Source of the DNA: Eledone cirrhosa
Lineage: Eukaryota
Assembly (NCBI GenBank): GCA_964016885.1
Contig: OZ024740.1
Span: 365,180,001 to 365,244,000, forward strand
Direction: 5' to 3'
DNA length: 64,000 bases
Positions 51,770-64,000 of this stretch are shown piece by piece. Position 1 is the first letter of the stretch. The number at the start of each line of letters is the position of its first letter. The notes under the pieces are model-generated. The model worked only from the letters and a program-made list of their open reading frames with translations, was not told the DNA's origin and ran no database searches. A program made the translations under genes and the position numbers.

Positions 51770-52445
51770 CCGAAGAAGGGTGGTGAGTATAAAATAAAAG
51801 CCAAACTCGTTACCTTCAATTTATTGCTACCCTTACCTATGGTCATATGAGACCAGAAGAATACGATTACAAATACATGCGGCTGAAATGGGATTACTGC
51901 AAAGGTACTTTGGGGTAACGTTGATAGGGTGGGTACCTCGGAGATCAGGGAGAGCTGCTACTTCTCTGAATCGAGAGATCCCAGTTCCAGTACATGTGGT
52001 TAGAATGTCTAAGGAATGAATCACTGGACATATTTTACAGACAAAGCCAACCGACAGGAGACCCAGAGGTTGACACCCTTCTACTCCATATCACTGCCCT
52101 CAGTCTGGCCAAGAACACATGCGTCCTAGTGTTGTGCCGGTGACAAAAAGCACCAAGCTCACTCTGTAAAGTGGTAGTGCTGGTGCCATGATAAAATGCA
52201 CCCAGCCTACACTGGAGAGTGGTAATGCTGGAGTCACAATAAAAAGCACCTAATCCACTTTGCCAGGTGGTAGTGGTGCTGCCACGATAAAACAGACTGA
52301 TACACGCCACGAAGTGGTTGGCATTAGGAAATCATGCTAGAATGAAACGTTTCTGTGAAATGCAGTCATCTGGCCTTTCTAGATTCAGATCCTAACCCAC
52401 GCAAGCATGGAAAATAGATGTGAAACAGTGGTGATGATAATGAAG
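51770..52445 (+). pseudogene. Degraded Rex3/Expander-like RTE LINE 3' fragment followed by the shared 3' module
   Basis: Frameshifted TLTYGH, RIRLQIHAAEMGLLQRYFGVTL, ELLLL*IERSQ, HVVRM, RRPRG; from ~52130 the AAAAGCACC...CTGTAAAGTGGT units, then CTAACCCACGCAAGCATGGAAAA and a GAT tail. Confidence 0.75.
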
Positions 52446-55400
52446 ATATATATATATATATATATATATATTTGTGAACTAAGCATAAAAGTATTTCCTC
52501 TATTGATTAAATAGGAAAATACAATAAAGAAAAGGAGTAAAGTTGAAAAGAGAGCTTCTCTGATTCAACATAGAAATAAATCAATACAGCATGTTACTAT
52601 ATATATAATACATGTGTGGTGTGTGTGTGTATCTATATATATATGTGTGTGTGTATATATTTATATATACATACACAACCCATGCAAGCGTGTAAAAATG
52701 AAGAAGATGATATAAATATATACATGTATTAAATACACACAACACATCATCAGCATTTAACACCAATTTTCCAGGCTTGCATGGGTTAGACAGATTGCTA
52801 GACCAGTCAGGTAGCCACATCAGCTGAATGCTTTACCTAATGCCAACACTTTACAATGTGTACTAGGAACATTTTATCATGGCTCCAACACTACCACCTT
52901 ACAGAGTGAACTAGGTGATTTAATTTTTTATTTTTTTATCCTAGCTCTAGCCCTACCTCTTTACAAAGTATTTTGGGAATGTTTTATTATGGCACCAACA
53001 CAAGTGACAACCTTACTGAATAGGTTGGGTGTATTTTATCATTGAATCAGGACCACATCTATACAAAACACACACACGGGGGGGGCATAACATGAGGAGG
53101 GAGTCATCCTCATCTATATTCAATTGTAGTCCTTTACCTGTGCTTTTTTCTTTAGAAGAAAGGTTGATTGCTGAATTTACTTTTTAGAAGTATCTATGGC
53201 AACATCTTCAATAGAGGAATGTATAGGACTGGTGAATAATTAATGAAACATGTTGATTAAAATTAGCGAAATAAAACAAAAACGATTGAATTATTTATAC
53301 AGACAGGGACCAACATAAAATATTTATTTAGTTGCTTTCACTATTATTTAAATACAAGTACCAGTCCAGGAGTGGTGGATTGGTAGGATTGTTAAAGATC
53401 AGGATGCTTTGCAGTATCTGATTTAGCCCAGCATGTTCTGAGTTCAAATCCTTCCTCCTTCTGCCAGGAGTTGCAACCAGCAGCTATCAGCAATAGGAAC
53501 ATTTCAGTTCCTTGATATTCATCTCGTGCTATTATACACTAATCCTTAATGTGTCTGTTGGGTCTCTGTCAGTTCCAATGTTGAGTGCTCCAATTGTTTG
53601 ATCAATAAAACTTGCTCATGAAATTAACATGCAAGTAGCTAAGTGTTGCACAAACATCTATACCCTTAACCCTTTAGCATTTACATTACTCTATATTTAT
53701 TGTATTTTCACGGTAAAGGCTTTATATTACATAATATCAAATCTATGATATTTTATATTATTTATTTTGAGAACAATACCTTAACATCACCTTTTTCAAC
53801 TGAGGGAACAGGAGCATTAGAAAAAAGTCTTACCTCAAGGCCACCACATGCTGCCCGATCTGGGAATCAAACTCATCTGAGACCCAAGAGTGCCTAGATA
53901 TTTTCTGCAGTGTGAAAGATGTAGTTGATTCAATGTATTCATGTTATATTGACCCTAGGGATAAATATTTTTAACTTTTGTTACCATATTTCACATGAAA
54001 AATGCTCCCCATGATTTTCAAAATTATTTGAAAATCCTTAAGAATTTGGAGGGATTTGCTACAATATTTATTTCATTATTGATGTTATTTTTAACATAAC
54101 TTAACAAAATGTTCTTAAATCAAATAATGTTGGAAGGTTTTTATTAAAATATGGGCACTTTAACCCTTTAACATTTAATCCGGCCAGAATTCTCTAACCT
54201 CTTTCTTTTCAAATTGGCTATCTAGCTACTCATACTGATGTTAAGCTATTGTTCTCAAAATAAATAATATTAAAATCTCGTAGATTCAATATTATGTGAG
54301 GTAAAGCCTTTACCATGAACATATAATAGTAAATACAGAGTAATGTAAATGCTAAAGGGTTAAAATGAGTGGTTGTTACATAAAATGGGGTAGTTTTGGT
54401 TGGGTCAGTATCAAAGGGATTAATAAATTTGTTCCTAGCAATGGATATTATATGCATACCACATTCTTTTATATAAAGCTTGAAACAAGGTTAGTTTGGT
54501 GGTGTGCATGTATGTATATATGTTTGTGTATTGGACCTCCGGTTGATTTAATCAATGGAACAGCCAGCCTATGAAATGAATGTGCAAGTAGCTGAGCATT
54601 CCACAGTCGCGTGACAGGGAGGTCCCCTCGAATTACAGGTACAATTCACTTGCCACCTGAGGTGACAGGAGCAATATAAAATAAAGTGTCTTGCTCAGGG
54701 CCACCATGTGCTGCTCAAATTTGGGAATCAGACTCATGACTTTATAATCATTAAACCACATATATTTATGAAATAAATGTGTGTGTACGTATTTGTGTAA
54801 AAGTGGGAAAGCATAGTAGATTTAAAGATTTCTTTTTTTCTTTCCTTATAGTATAATTGAAGAAAGTTCTGTTAGTAACCAAATATTGGGGTAGATTGAA
54901 TGCTTATTGTAGTCTGATGTTGTCATCAACTTCATTTTAGCATCTCCTGCAACTACACTCATGCCACACTGGGGAAAGAAAAAAAAACATTACTTGAGTT
55001 CTGAATAGAAACTGACATTTTATTAGCATAACTATTATTCAATGGTGGTGTCTTTTGCCTTCTATGACATATTTTATCATTTTATCCTTTGTTTGACAAG
55101 TGTATATTATGAAGTTAAAATAATGCCTTATTTAGAAGGCTTTTTTATCTCAGCTTCTTCCTTTTTTTTTACGTTAAGCTGCACTCGTGCTAATATTGAC
55201 AAAGTTATTTTTAAAAGCTTATCACATTTGCACTTTTCCAAATAGAAACATGCTTTTGCATAACTGCACTAGTACTTATGGTCAAGATAATAAACATGTC
55301 ATTTTTATTGAAATACGTTAACAAATTTCCATGTAAAAATTATAATTTATTTCCGTAGTATGGTAGGCTAGATTAACTGAATAAGAGTGGAGGGGGAAGA

Positions 55401-56479
55401 TGTGATGTTTTAGGATTTCAGTAAGTGAAACTCTTATTGAAAATGACAGTGAAGTGAAAAAATTCAAGAATTGACAAGATATTTAAACACTCTATTTAAT
55501 AAATGTATTAAAAACCAATTATTCTAGAATTTCTTAGTCTTCATCGTTTTGTATGTGAATTATCAGTATATGCATGTGTAGCAAGACAAATCTGTAAGAA
55601 TTAGAATGAAGAAATGCATAATACTTCTGAAATCTATGCATATCTGGTAGAATGTTGAAAGAAAATATAAACTCATTTTATTCAGACAAACAATTTGCTT
55701 TTAAATAAAATGTCAAAATTGCTTCCTATATTAACTCTTTCCTTACCATATTTCTAATGAAATTCACTATCTATGTGTCTTGATTAATTTTCAAAATAAT
55801 CAAGAATTTAAAAGGACTAATCCTAACCCTGCCAGAACTGCCCTTGGTTCTGTGATACAAAACTATATATTTATCTAAAAACCTTCCATCACAATTCTAT
55901 GTAAGAATCTTTAAGTTACGCTCCCAACACCAGATAAATAAAGAGAAAATTAACTATATTACCAAGCCTCTCCAAATACTTGATTATTTTCAAAATATAT
56001 TGAAAATCATAGGTTGTGTTTCATTAACGAAATAGTTAAGATGGTTTTTTGGAACATATTAAAAAAACATGATGGGATTGGTGTTCCTATCTTTAAAACA
56101 CCCAAGAAATTTTTCATGAGTTATAACATGTATTAACAAAGTTTTTATTTAAAAGTCTGATGGGAGGTTTTAATTCAAATATAGACATTTTAAAACTGAT
56201 TAATAAAATTGAAGTGAAACATGATCCACCCAAAATACAATAATACAATAATATAAATTCTCTGCTATTAAATTGAATTTCTGAATTATTTGATTTGATC
56301 TAGTTTATAATAAGTGTACAGTATCCCTGTCTGTTATAAGAAGTGATTGAAGGGGTTGGTACCATGAAGGGTATCCAGCTATTAAACATTGCCTCAAAAA
56401 GGACCCCATTGGTGAGTATGTGCTTATCCTGGGGCCTGCACTACTAATTTCTGCTTTTGTCAAGAAAATGGCTTGAAAA

Positions 56480-56665
56480 ACTAGTGCTATGGGTGACCTC
56501 AGATCTGTGGTGCTCCCTTCTATTGGAGAATTCTGTTATTAATTTATTGTTACTTTGTTGCCTGTTTTTTCTGTTTATTCAATTTATGTAAATCTCCAAT
56601 GTCCTTGTTTATTTTGTATTGACCTTAGTGTTTTAGCTGTAGTGGCCAATAAAGAAATTATTAAT
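56480..56665 (+). mobile_element. Probable L1/Tx1 3' UTR remnant
   Basis: T-rich stretch ending GTGGCCAATAAAGAAA, like 4545-4561 (GTGGCTAATAAAGAAA); another at ~61275-61360. Confidence 0.45.
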
Positions 56666-57169
56666 ATTCATCTTTTCTCATGGGGAAAGTAGATTAGTGT
56701 ATAGATATGATATAAGGTAGGAAATTCATATCCTGTCAATGTCATAATGACTGACTCACAGGTTAATTCTTAGTTTACTAGCCTGGACAATAGATAAAAG
56801 TTATCAAATGACCTGCTAGAAATAGCAACCAAACTGCCGTCATCACACCTTATCCTCTTTAAAAAATATTGGATGGTCATGGACAGTTTAGTCCAAGATA
56901 CTTTTAAAAATATACAATTGTCACAAGTCTATTTGGTCAAGTTTTACCTGGGGTTAAAACCACAATATGGCTATCAGGTATTGTTAGAAGAAAGCTGCCT
57001 ACACCAAATAATATCTTATCCTATGAGAGAAGGATACTTATTTTTCAACAACGTTAATTTCACAGAACCTATTACTATGTAGCTTACTTATATCATTGTT
57101 TACAGTCGTATCATGATCATCATGTTTAACATCTATTTTCCTCTCTGGCAAAGGTTCAATGTATCAAGA

Positions 57170-57474
57170 AGCATTCGTGGTCCTGGTTATTTGCAGAATT
57201 TTCCTTAGAACCTAACTAATAATTGTTCGTGGAAACCACCGCATATTCGCGGAATCGTAAATATCTTCCGCGATTTTTTTGTGGCAATATGTATTTTTTT
57301 ACGCTTTTTAACGCTAAATTATTAATAACTATGTACCATATTTGCCGGCCTATATTTTACGTTATGTTTTGACATTTATAGGCATTTTTATGGGCCACAT
57401 CTAATGTTCGTGGTTTTTCACTCTTCGCGGGTGCTCTAAGAACGTAACCCCGCAACTACTGGGGGACAACTGTA
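57170..57474. mobile_element. Tigger/pogo-like non-autonomous element, right part
   Basis: Repeated ATTCGYGG motifs and terminus GAACGTAACCCCGCAACTACTGGGGGACAACTG|TA. Confidence 0.6.
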
Positions 57475-58511
57475 TTCATTATTAAACTTGGCTTTAATAT
57501 CTCATTTGTGGAGAACAGTTAAATGTAAAAAATATTTAATGAGTAAATATTATATTGTTTTTCTTTATCTATTTTCTAAGAGTTACTGGATAGATAACTG
57601 ATTCTATAATTTCTAAGTATTCTTTATAAAAAAATTCTATTTTATGTAAGTATTCTCTAAAGAAAATATAACAAGAATTTATTTTTCTGCCTATGTATGT
57701 TATTATTTTTAATTTCAAACAATAAATTAGTTCTTTCTCTGTGTTGTGGCACTTTACTGTGTCACAAATTTATGCAAGTTTGATGGCAATTATGGTTGCA
57801 TATTTTGTGCCTTTGCTGATAAAATTGTCACACATGTATTTCATCGCCAGTTTTGCAGACAAATATATTAAATTTATAAGTGTTAAAAATTTATGTGCTT
57901 ATGTAAGCAAGGTGTGAGCCCACAGCCCATTTGAGAGATAGGTGGTTCTGCTTGAATGCTGATTTGATGTGTGATGCCCTGCCTAACTCTTATTAGTTGG
58001 GAAATTGAATATTAAATGATGATGATGGCTATGTGGTTAAAAAGTCTGCTTCACAACTACATGTTTCTGGGTTCAGTTTTATTTAGTACTATCTTGGACA
58101 CGTGCCTTCTACTATAACCTCAGATTGATCAATACCTTGTATGTGTGTAATTTGGTAGATGGAAACTGCAGAGGCCCATCATATATGTGTGTGTGTGAGC
58201 CTATATTTATGTTTGTGTCTGTGTTTATATACTGTAACTTAACAGTTTGACAAAAAGAGATTGATAAAATAAGTACTGGGGTCAATATGATTGACTAAAA
58301 CAAGGTAGTGTCCAGCATAGCCAGTCTAATTACAGAAGGATATATGTGTATGTCCTGCTTTTTAGAATAAGTAGAGCATATCTCTGCATGTTGTAAGTGG
58401 TGATTAAACAGGTTGGCATCAGAAGGGACATTCAGCTGTAAAGCATTGTCACAAAATATCCTGTCTAACCCATGCCAACAGGGAACAGTGGACGTAAAAA
58501 TGACTATATAT

Positions 58512-58706
58512 ATAATAATTGTTTCTACTTTTGGCACAAGGCCAGCAAATTAACCAGTGCATTACTGGTACTTTATTTTATCGACCCCGTAAGGATGAAA
58601 GGCAAAGTTAACCTCGGCGAGATTTGAACTCAGAATGGCAAGGGCAGTAACTCTATGCGTCAAAGCATGGCGTCCGACCCTCTACCGATACTGCCAATCC
58701 ACGCCT
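58512..58706 (-). mobile_element. Full-length young copy of the Meta-like tRNA SINE
   Basis: Minus strand GGCGTGGATTGGCAGTATCGGTAGAG...GAGTTCAAATCTCGCCGAGGTTAACTTTGCCTTTCATCCTTACGGGGTCGATAAAATAAAGTACCAG...; closely similar partial copies at ~25560-25730 (-) and ~36095-36225 (+). Confidence 0.85.
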
Positions 58707-59899
58707 ATTATATAATAATACACTGTGTTTACTCTATAATGCTTTATCTGGTGTATTGTACATGTTTCATATTATTCTCCTCCTCTTCTTCACCTTTCTG
58801 TTTGTCCAGAGCAAGTTAAACATATCTGAAATATACACTAACCCCCCCCCCCCCCTCCCCACCACCACCACACACACACACACATACATACACACACACA
58901 AAAAAAAAAAGGAAAAAAACATTACACTTAAAATTTTACTTTACATTAAACCAACACTGAAGCTCTTTGAAAGATACATATAAATTATAAATTACAGTTT
59001 GTGGTTAGGTTTTTTTTTAATTTATAGAAAAATTGAAGGTGGGTGGGGAGTATTTATTTTGTTATAGAATTACTGTAATATTTTAAAGTCATGATTTTCA
59101 AAAGTTTGGACATTTGTTGAAACAATTTAATTTTCTTTCACAGCTTATTGTGAAATAAATGTAGTATTTATTTTCAGATTAGGCTAACTGAATAAAATTA
59201 ATAGATTAATAACCCTTTCGTTATCATATTTCTCACGAAAAATACTACCTGTAATTTTCAAATAATTTTGTCAATAATCAAAAATTTTAAGAGATTTCTC
59301 ATTTATGCTAAAGGGTTAAATCTTGTCCAACATACCTCAGTCTAACCAATTACATGCACATATATGTTTGTATACTTAACTCTGGCAATGGTGGCTAAAC
59401 AAATTCAAGAACTTATATACACACAATGACAATTGGGATCAAATTCAACTGTAGTAATTGATTGTATTTATGTGCCTTGATCAAGAGAACGTATTTTATA
59501 TATGTCATTCTGTCTATAAGATGCTGATGACAAAATAAAAAGTGCCCAGTCCTCAGTATAACATAGTTGGTGTTAGGAAGGACATCTAGTAATAGAAACC
59601 AAGCCAAAATAAAATTTGTATGAGCAAGACATTGTCTCATAGCGTGACAACCTGTCTAACCCATGCAAGCATGGAAAGATGGACGTTAAAGAATGATAAT
59701 GATATGGGAACTTTTGTATGGTGGTGATATCATTCTTATAGCTGAATAAGTGGAAGAAATTCTAGCTGTGAAAACAGAACTTAGAACCAAAAGGTCTGAG
59801 TAAATTTGGCAAAAACCAAAGTTTTAGTCTGATTTCATCATGGAAGTGGCCTTATTTGATATGTATGTGCACATATAAACTCTATACGATGTACACAAT

Positions 59900-60630
59900 G
59901 TAAATCATGGGTACACAACAGATGTAATGGGATAGCAGGCAGAGTAACAGGAAAATAGGCTTTGTATGTAGATGTACAGAGATAGTTGGGAGTAAGCACA
60001 TCTGTGAAATAAGCCTTTCCAATCCCAAGAAGGATCTGTAGAAATAGTTGATAGCTTCTGCAACACAGGTGATCTAATTAGCAGTGGAGGAGGTTGCTTA
60101 AAGAGCATAATAGCTAAAATAAGAACAGGATGGAAAAAGTTCAGTGAGCTACTACATCTGGTGACAAGAAAAGCCCAGCTGTTTGATGTCAATGTGTGAT
60201 GCTGCATGATAGTATGTGTGACATGAACAGAGAATGCAGAGGAAATGCAAAATCTGGAGAGAAATGAGGCAACCATGCTTTGATGGATGTGCAATGTTAA
60301 TGTGCATGAACAACAGAGCATGGATGAACTGTGAGAAAAACTGGGTATAAAGAGGAATCAGATGTAGTGTGCAAGAGATTGCACTGATATGGACATGTGA
60401 TGCATATGGATAATGAATGCTGGGTGAAGAAGTACCATGAAATCCCAATAGAAATAAGGTGCAGTAGAGGGTGACCTAAGTGGAAGTGGTAAGAGCTGAT
60501 TTCAAATCGTTGAAACTCACAAAGGAGATGACAAAGGAACTCGACAAGTGGAGGGATGCTGTACTGAAAAAGACCTGTCCAACTCATGCAAGCATGGAAA
60601 AGTGAACATAAGATGGTGATGATGATGACA
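59900..60630 (+). pseudogene. Old degraded RTE LINE 3' fragment, short-tail type like 1363-2915
   Basis: EIVDSFC..GDLISSGGGC...IRTGWKKFSELL with many stops; ends AAGACCTGTCCAACTCATGCAAGCATGGAAAAGTG and a (GAT)n tail. Confidence 0.85.
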
Positions 60631-60633
60631 ATG

Positions 60634-60673
<40 letters not shown>

Positions 60674-61359
60674 TATCACTGTGAATATATAAATACAATA
60701 ATTTGAAGCTATATAGTACACTAAAAGCTCTTGTTCACCTCTTTCAAAATTATTTCTAACCAGCTATGAATAGTAATTGAATAGGTGTACGCTTCAGAAG
60801 TTTTATTTTCTTCCTAAATTCCAATTATGAAATGTAGCAATAACTATAATCTATCCATGGTTTCATCTCACACTAAGAGCCAGTGAGAGTTTAGATTTTA
60901 AACCATGACTCAGATTTGACTCAATAGAATGCTTGTGCAATTCCTGTTCCACTCCACTGGTTAACACCTGATAGATCAGCAAAATGAAATCTCTATACCC
61001 CCCCCCCCCCCACACACACACACACTTGTTTTCCTAACGCTGTTAATGTTGAAGTTGTTAATGGCTCTATTAATCTAATCTTTACTATTATCTCTTCTAA
61101 GTATTATTATTATAGGACTGGATTGGCCGAATCATTAGTGTGTTGGATGGTATTGGAGTATTTCATTAGCACCTTGTATATTCTGGTTTCAAATCCTGTT
61201 GAGGTGATCTTTCTTTCATCCTTCCAACATCAGTAAACACCAGACATGCTCTAGAGTCGGTATAATCAAACTTTCCCTTCCACCCGCCCATTTCTACCAT
61301 CCTGTGCTGTCCTTAATGTTATACTTTGTGTCAACCCTTGTGGTTAATAAAGAAAACAT

Positions 61360-61600
61360 TATTATTATTATTTTTATTATTAATTCTTCAGTAGTTCTTT
61401 GGTAGTCTCATGTGAGTTTCTACAGCATCACCTGGTGCACCTCCACATTCCTGAAATGTGTGTAGTATTTTGTTATTTTTGTTGGAGTTGTGGGGAAAGG
61501 AGTATAGGCTCTTCCTGTTAGTATACTGCATCAGTCTTGTTTTGTTAAGGAGTTAAGTTTCTTGTGTTATTTTATTGGGCATTAATGTGTGCAAGTGACA
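61360..61600 (-). mobile_element. Possible R4/Dong-like 3' end with (TAA)n tail
   Basis: Minus-strand ILTGRAY resembles the terminal LLGTAHILR motif, and the element ends in (TAA)n. Weak. Confidence 0.3.
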
Positions 61601-62049
61601 TTATTGTATTTTATTAGGTGCTTATTATATAGGGTGAAAGTTGTGTGTGAAGATTGTTGCATTCATCATTATTATTATTATCTTGCGTTATATTGTATGT
61701 GAAACCTTCATTGTAAAGTTGAACAGCTGTGCACAGTGATAGAAGCTGGCTGTATTGGATAAATAAATAAAATTATTTATATGAAATTACAGTTAAGCAT
61801 TTGTTAACAGCAACTGTTTCTATTGATCTCCACTAGAACTGTTTGTTTAGCATAATGTGTGTGTGTGTATGTGTACTTGCCTAAGGCTTCATGCCTGTTC
61901 CAGAAATCATTACACTATTAAGTAAGTAATAACAACAGTGAGTCTAAATACAACAAAAATATAAGAAAGAGTAATCAATCAATGCTACCCTAGTGATACA
62001 AGCCCAGATGTTATGGGAGAATGTTATCTAGTGTATGGGACCCCAGGTG

Positions 62050-62420
62050 CAAGCCGCCCTGTGGTTCCAGCTGATAAAATGTAGAAAGCCTTACATCAGA
62101 GAATAGCAAGGGAGACACATCGAAATAGCCATTTCAACTTATGGGGCTTTCTCCTGCTGATGACTGACTCAGCCATGAGTAAGGAGATGGTAGAGTTGAA
62201 GAATGCTGGCTGGCCCCACAACAACACACTGATCAGAAAGCAGCCGATACTTCAACAGCTTGTGATTTTCAGCTTGTTGGGCAACTAAGCTCGACTGGAT
62301 CTGTTGCCAAATGCACCAGGTTGTCGCTGGAGAAAGTGTCACTGCATGTTGCATCTCAGATGAGGGGCTTACCAAATGTTGTTCCTTCAGTCCAACTTCA
62401 CCTCACTAAGGGTGACATGG
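62050..62420 (-). pseudogene. CRE-clade-like non-LTR retrotransposon relic (restriction-like endonuclease C-terminus)
   Basis: Minus-strand frameshifted peptides GKPLI*DATCSDTFSS, AQQAENHKLLKYRLLSD, VVGP and KWLFRCVSLAIL*CKAFYILSAG, in the order typical of the CRE-type RLE domain. Confidence 0.7.
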
Positions 62421-64000
62421 CATGGGGGGTAAGTGGCACTGTGACAGTATGACTCTGGGTGAAGGCCAAAAGTATCCACTGTGGAGCCTCAGGGAGACAC
62501 TATATATTTATGTGTAGACACTACACTTTTATGGTTTCAGTCCAATGCTGCATTTTCAAAGGAGGAAACTACCAAAGTTGACTGGTCATTTAAATGTGTT
62601 GAAAAGCTAGCCTGTTATTTCAGTCTACATTCCACTTTGGTCTTTGTGAGGAGAATAATTATGAGATAGGGTTTTTTAAGTACAATTTTATAGGTATTTT
62701 TACAGCCCTTTTGAGACATTCTCCAGCTTGTATGATAGGAATTTGAGAGAAATTCACCAGGAAAAATAAAACATGAAACTAGGATGGACTTGCCTGAAAG
62801 AAAAATCAGTCAAGTGTTTTGAAGCATATCATGTTCATGTTGAAGGACTGCTTTGTTTCCACTTAGCTATATTCTCTAGTGTTAAATGATTGGTAGCTAT
62901 TCTCTAGTGATAGATGATTAGCAGTAGTATTGCTATAAAAACTTCTCTGTACTCAACACTGTGTTTATACTAATGATTCTAGTCAGTAGTTTCAGTCTTG
63001 TTTTGTTCTCTCTCCCCCTCTCTCTATTTTGATTATACTTTTTTTTTGTTTCCTATAATTTAGGAAGCTCTCTTATCCATATTCACCCTTTTATTATCGA
63101 TGACATTAGTTATGTTACTTTGCCAATTTACTTCATTGATAAATCAGTGAGTATTAGACTTTTCAGGGAAACTAATAGTGTTGGTCTATGTGAGCAATTA
63201 GGGAGTATAAAGAGTTTTAAAAATGAAGTAGTATGAAAAGTTCAAAATTGGGATAAATTAGTTTGTTGTTAGAAAGAAGAAAAGTTGAACATTTCAGGCA
63301 ATTCCCTTCTTGAAATTACTATTGTTGATTATTTTACAGTTCTGTTTCTTAATCCTTTCTTTACCATATTTCAGTAGAATACACTGTTATATTATACATC
63401 AATTATTTAATTAATTTTGAAAATAATCAAAAATTAGGGGGAATTTAGTAAAATTATTAAACTGATGTTTGGAACATAACTTAACAAATGTTCTTGAATA
63501 AAATAATGATGGAGGGTTTTATATAGATATAAATACTTTAAAATAAACAGCTTTGTAAAGTAGAACCAGGTGTAAGGTTTTAGGTGCTTTGGTATGAAAA
63601 GGGTTGATGTAGATACTGAAATCATTGAATATGGTGGAGGACTGGTGGCAGTTATATCTATTTTCATCACCTCATATCAGTTCAAAATCATACCACTTCA
63701 GAGTCATTGAAATAAGTATCATAATCATCTCTATTCTCTCCTTAACACTTTTGTCACCAACCCACCTGAAACTATCTCATGTTTCATAATACAAAACTCC
63801 TAATTTTAACATGTTCATATTCAGTTTAAATCTTCCATTATAATTTTATAAGAAACTTTTAAGTTAAATTACAAACACCAGCTTAAAAATGAAAATCCTT
63901 AATTGAAATATGTTTCATTGCCATGAGGTTAAAAGAAACTAATACATATCTATTGCAGCTTTCAGGTAAATACCTAATCAAAAATTTTGACTGTTGTTGA

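Noticed and set aside
55359-55420. Exon-like segment with a perfect GTAAGT donor
   Set aside because: Stops in all frames and a modest acceptor; such matches are expected by chance in AT-rich DNA.
57763-57809. Imperfect hairpin as a pre-miRNA
   Set aside because: The stem is short and AT-rich with a large loop, and I recognise no miRNA sequence.

Overview
Eukaryotic, AT-rich, microsatellite-dense DNA. The SINE/LINE repertoire and abundant (TA)n/(CA)n/(GAT)n tracts point to a coleoid cephalopod, most likely an octopus (inference, not database-checked). I find no convincing intact protein-coding gene; the window looks intronic or intergenic, and almost all ORFs in the track are retrotransposon fragments or microsatellite noise. 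The first ~9.7 kb is a pile-up of fairly young elements separated by (TA)n tracts: three RTE-clade LINE pieces (two with YADD RT cores), an L1/Tx1-clade 3' fragment, two inverted copies of a chimeric SINE and a non-autonomous Helitron that appears to contain one RTE. The rest holds older relics (CR1/Jockey-like, Rex3/Expander-like RTE, probable R4/Dong and CRE), at least three tRNA-derived SINE families, roughly 20 copies of a TTAA-flanked piggyBac-type MITE plus two related families, and Tc1/mariner/pogo and hAT-type MITEs. Most worth follow-up: one 3' module shared by different LINE lineages and by a two-donor chimeric SINE; a probable minimal hammerhead ribozyme at ~17.35 kb; and a cluster of long palindromes at 47-51.5 kb. 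Boundaries of degraded elements are approximate and read by eye.
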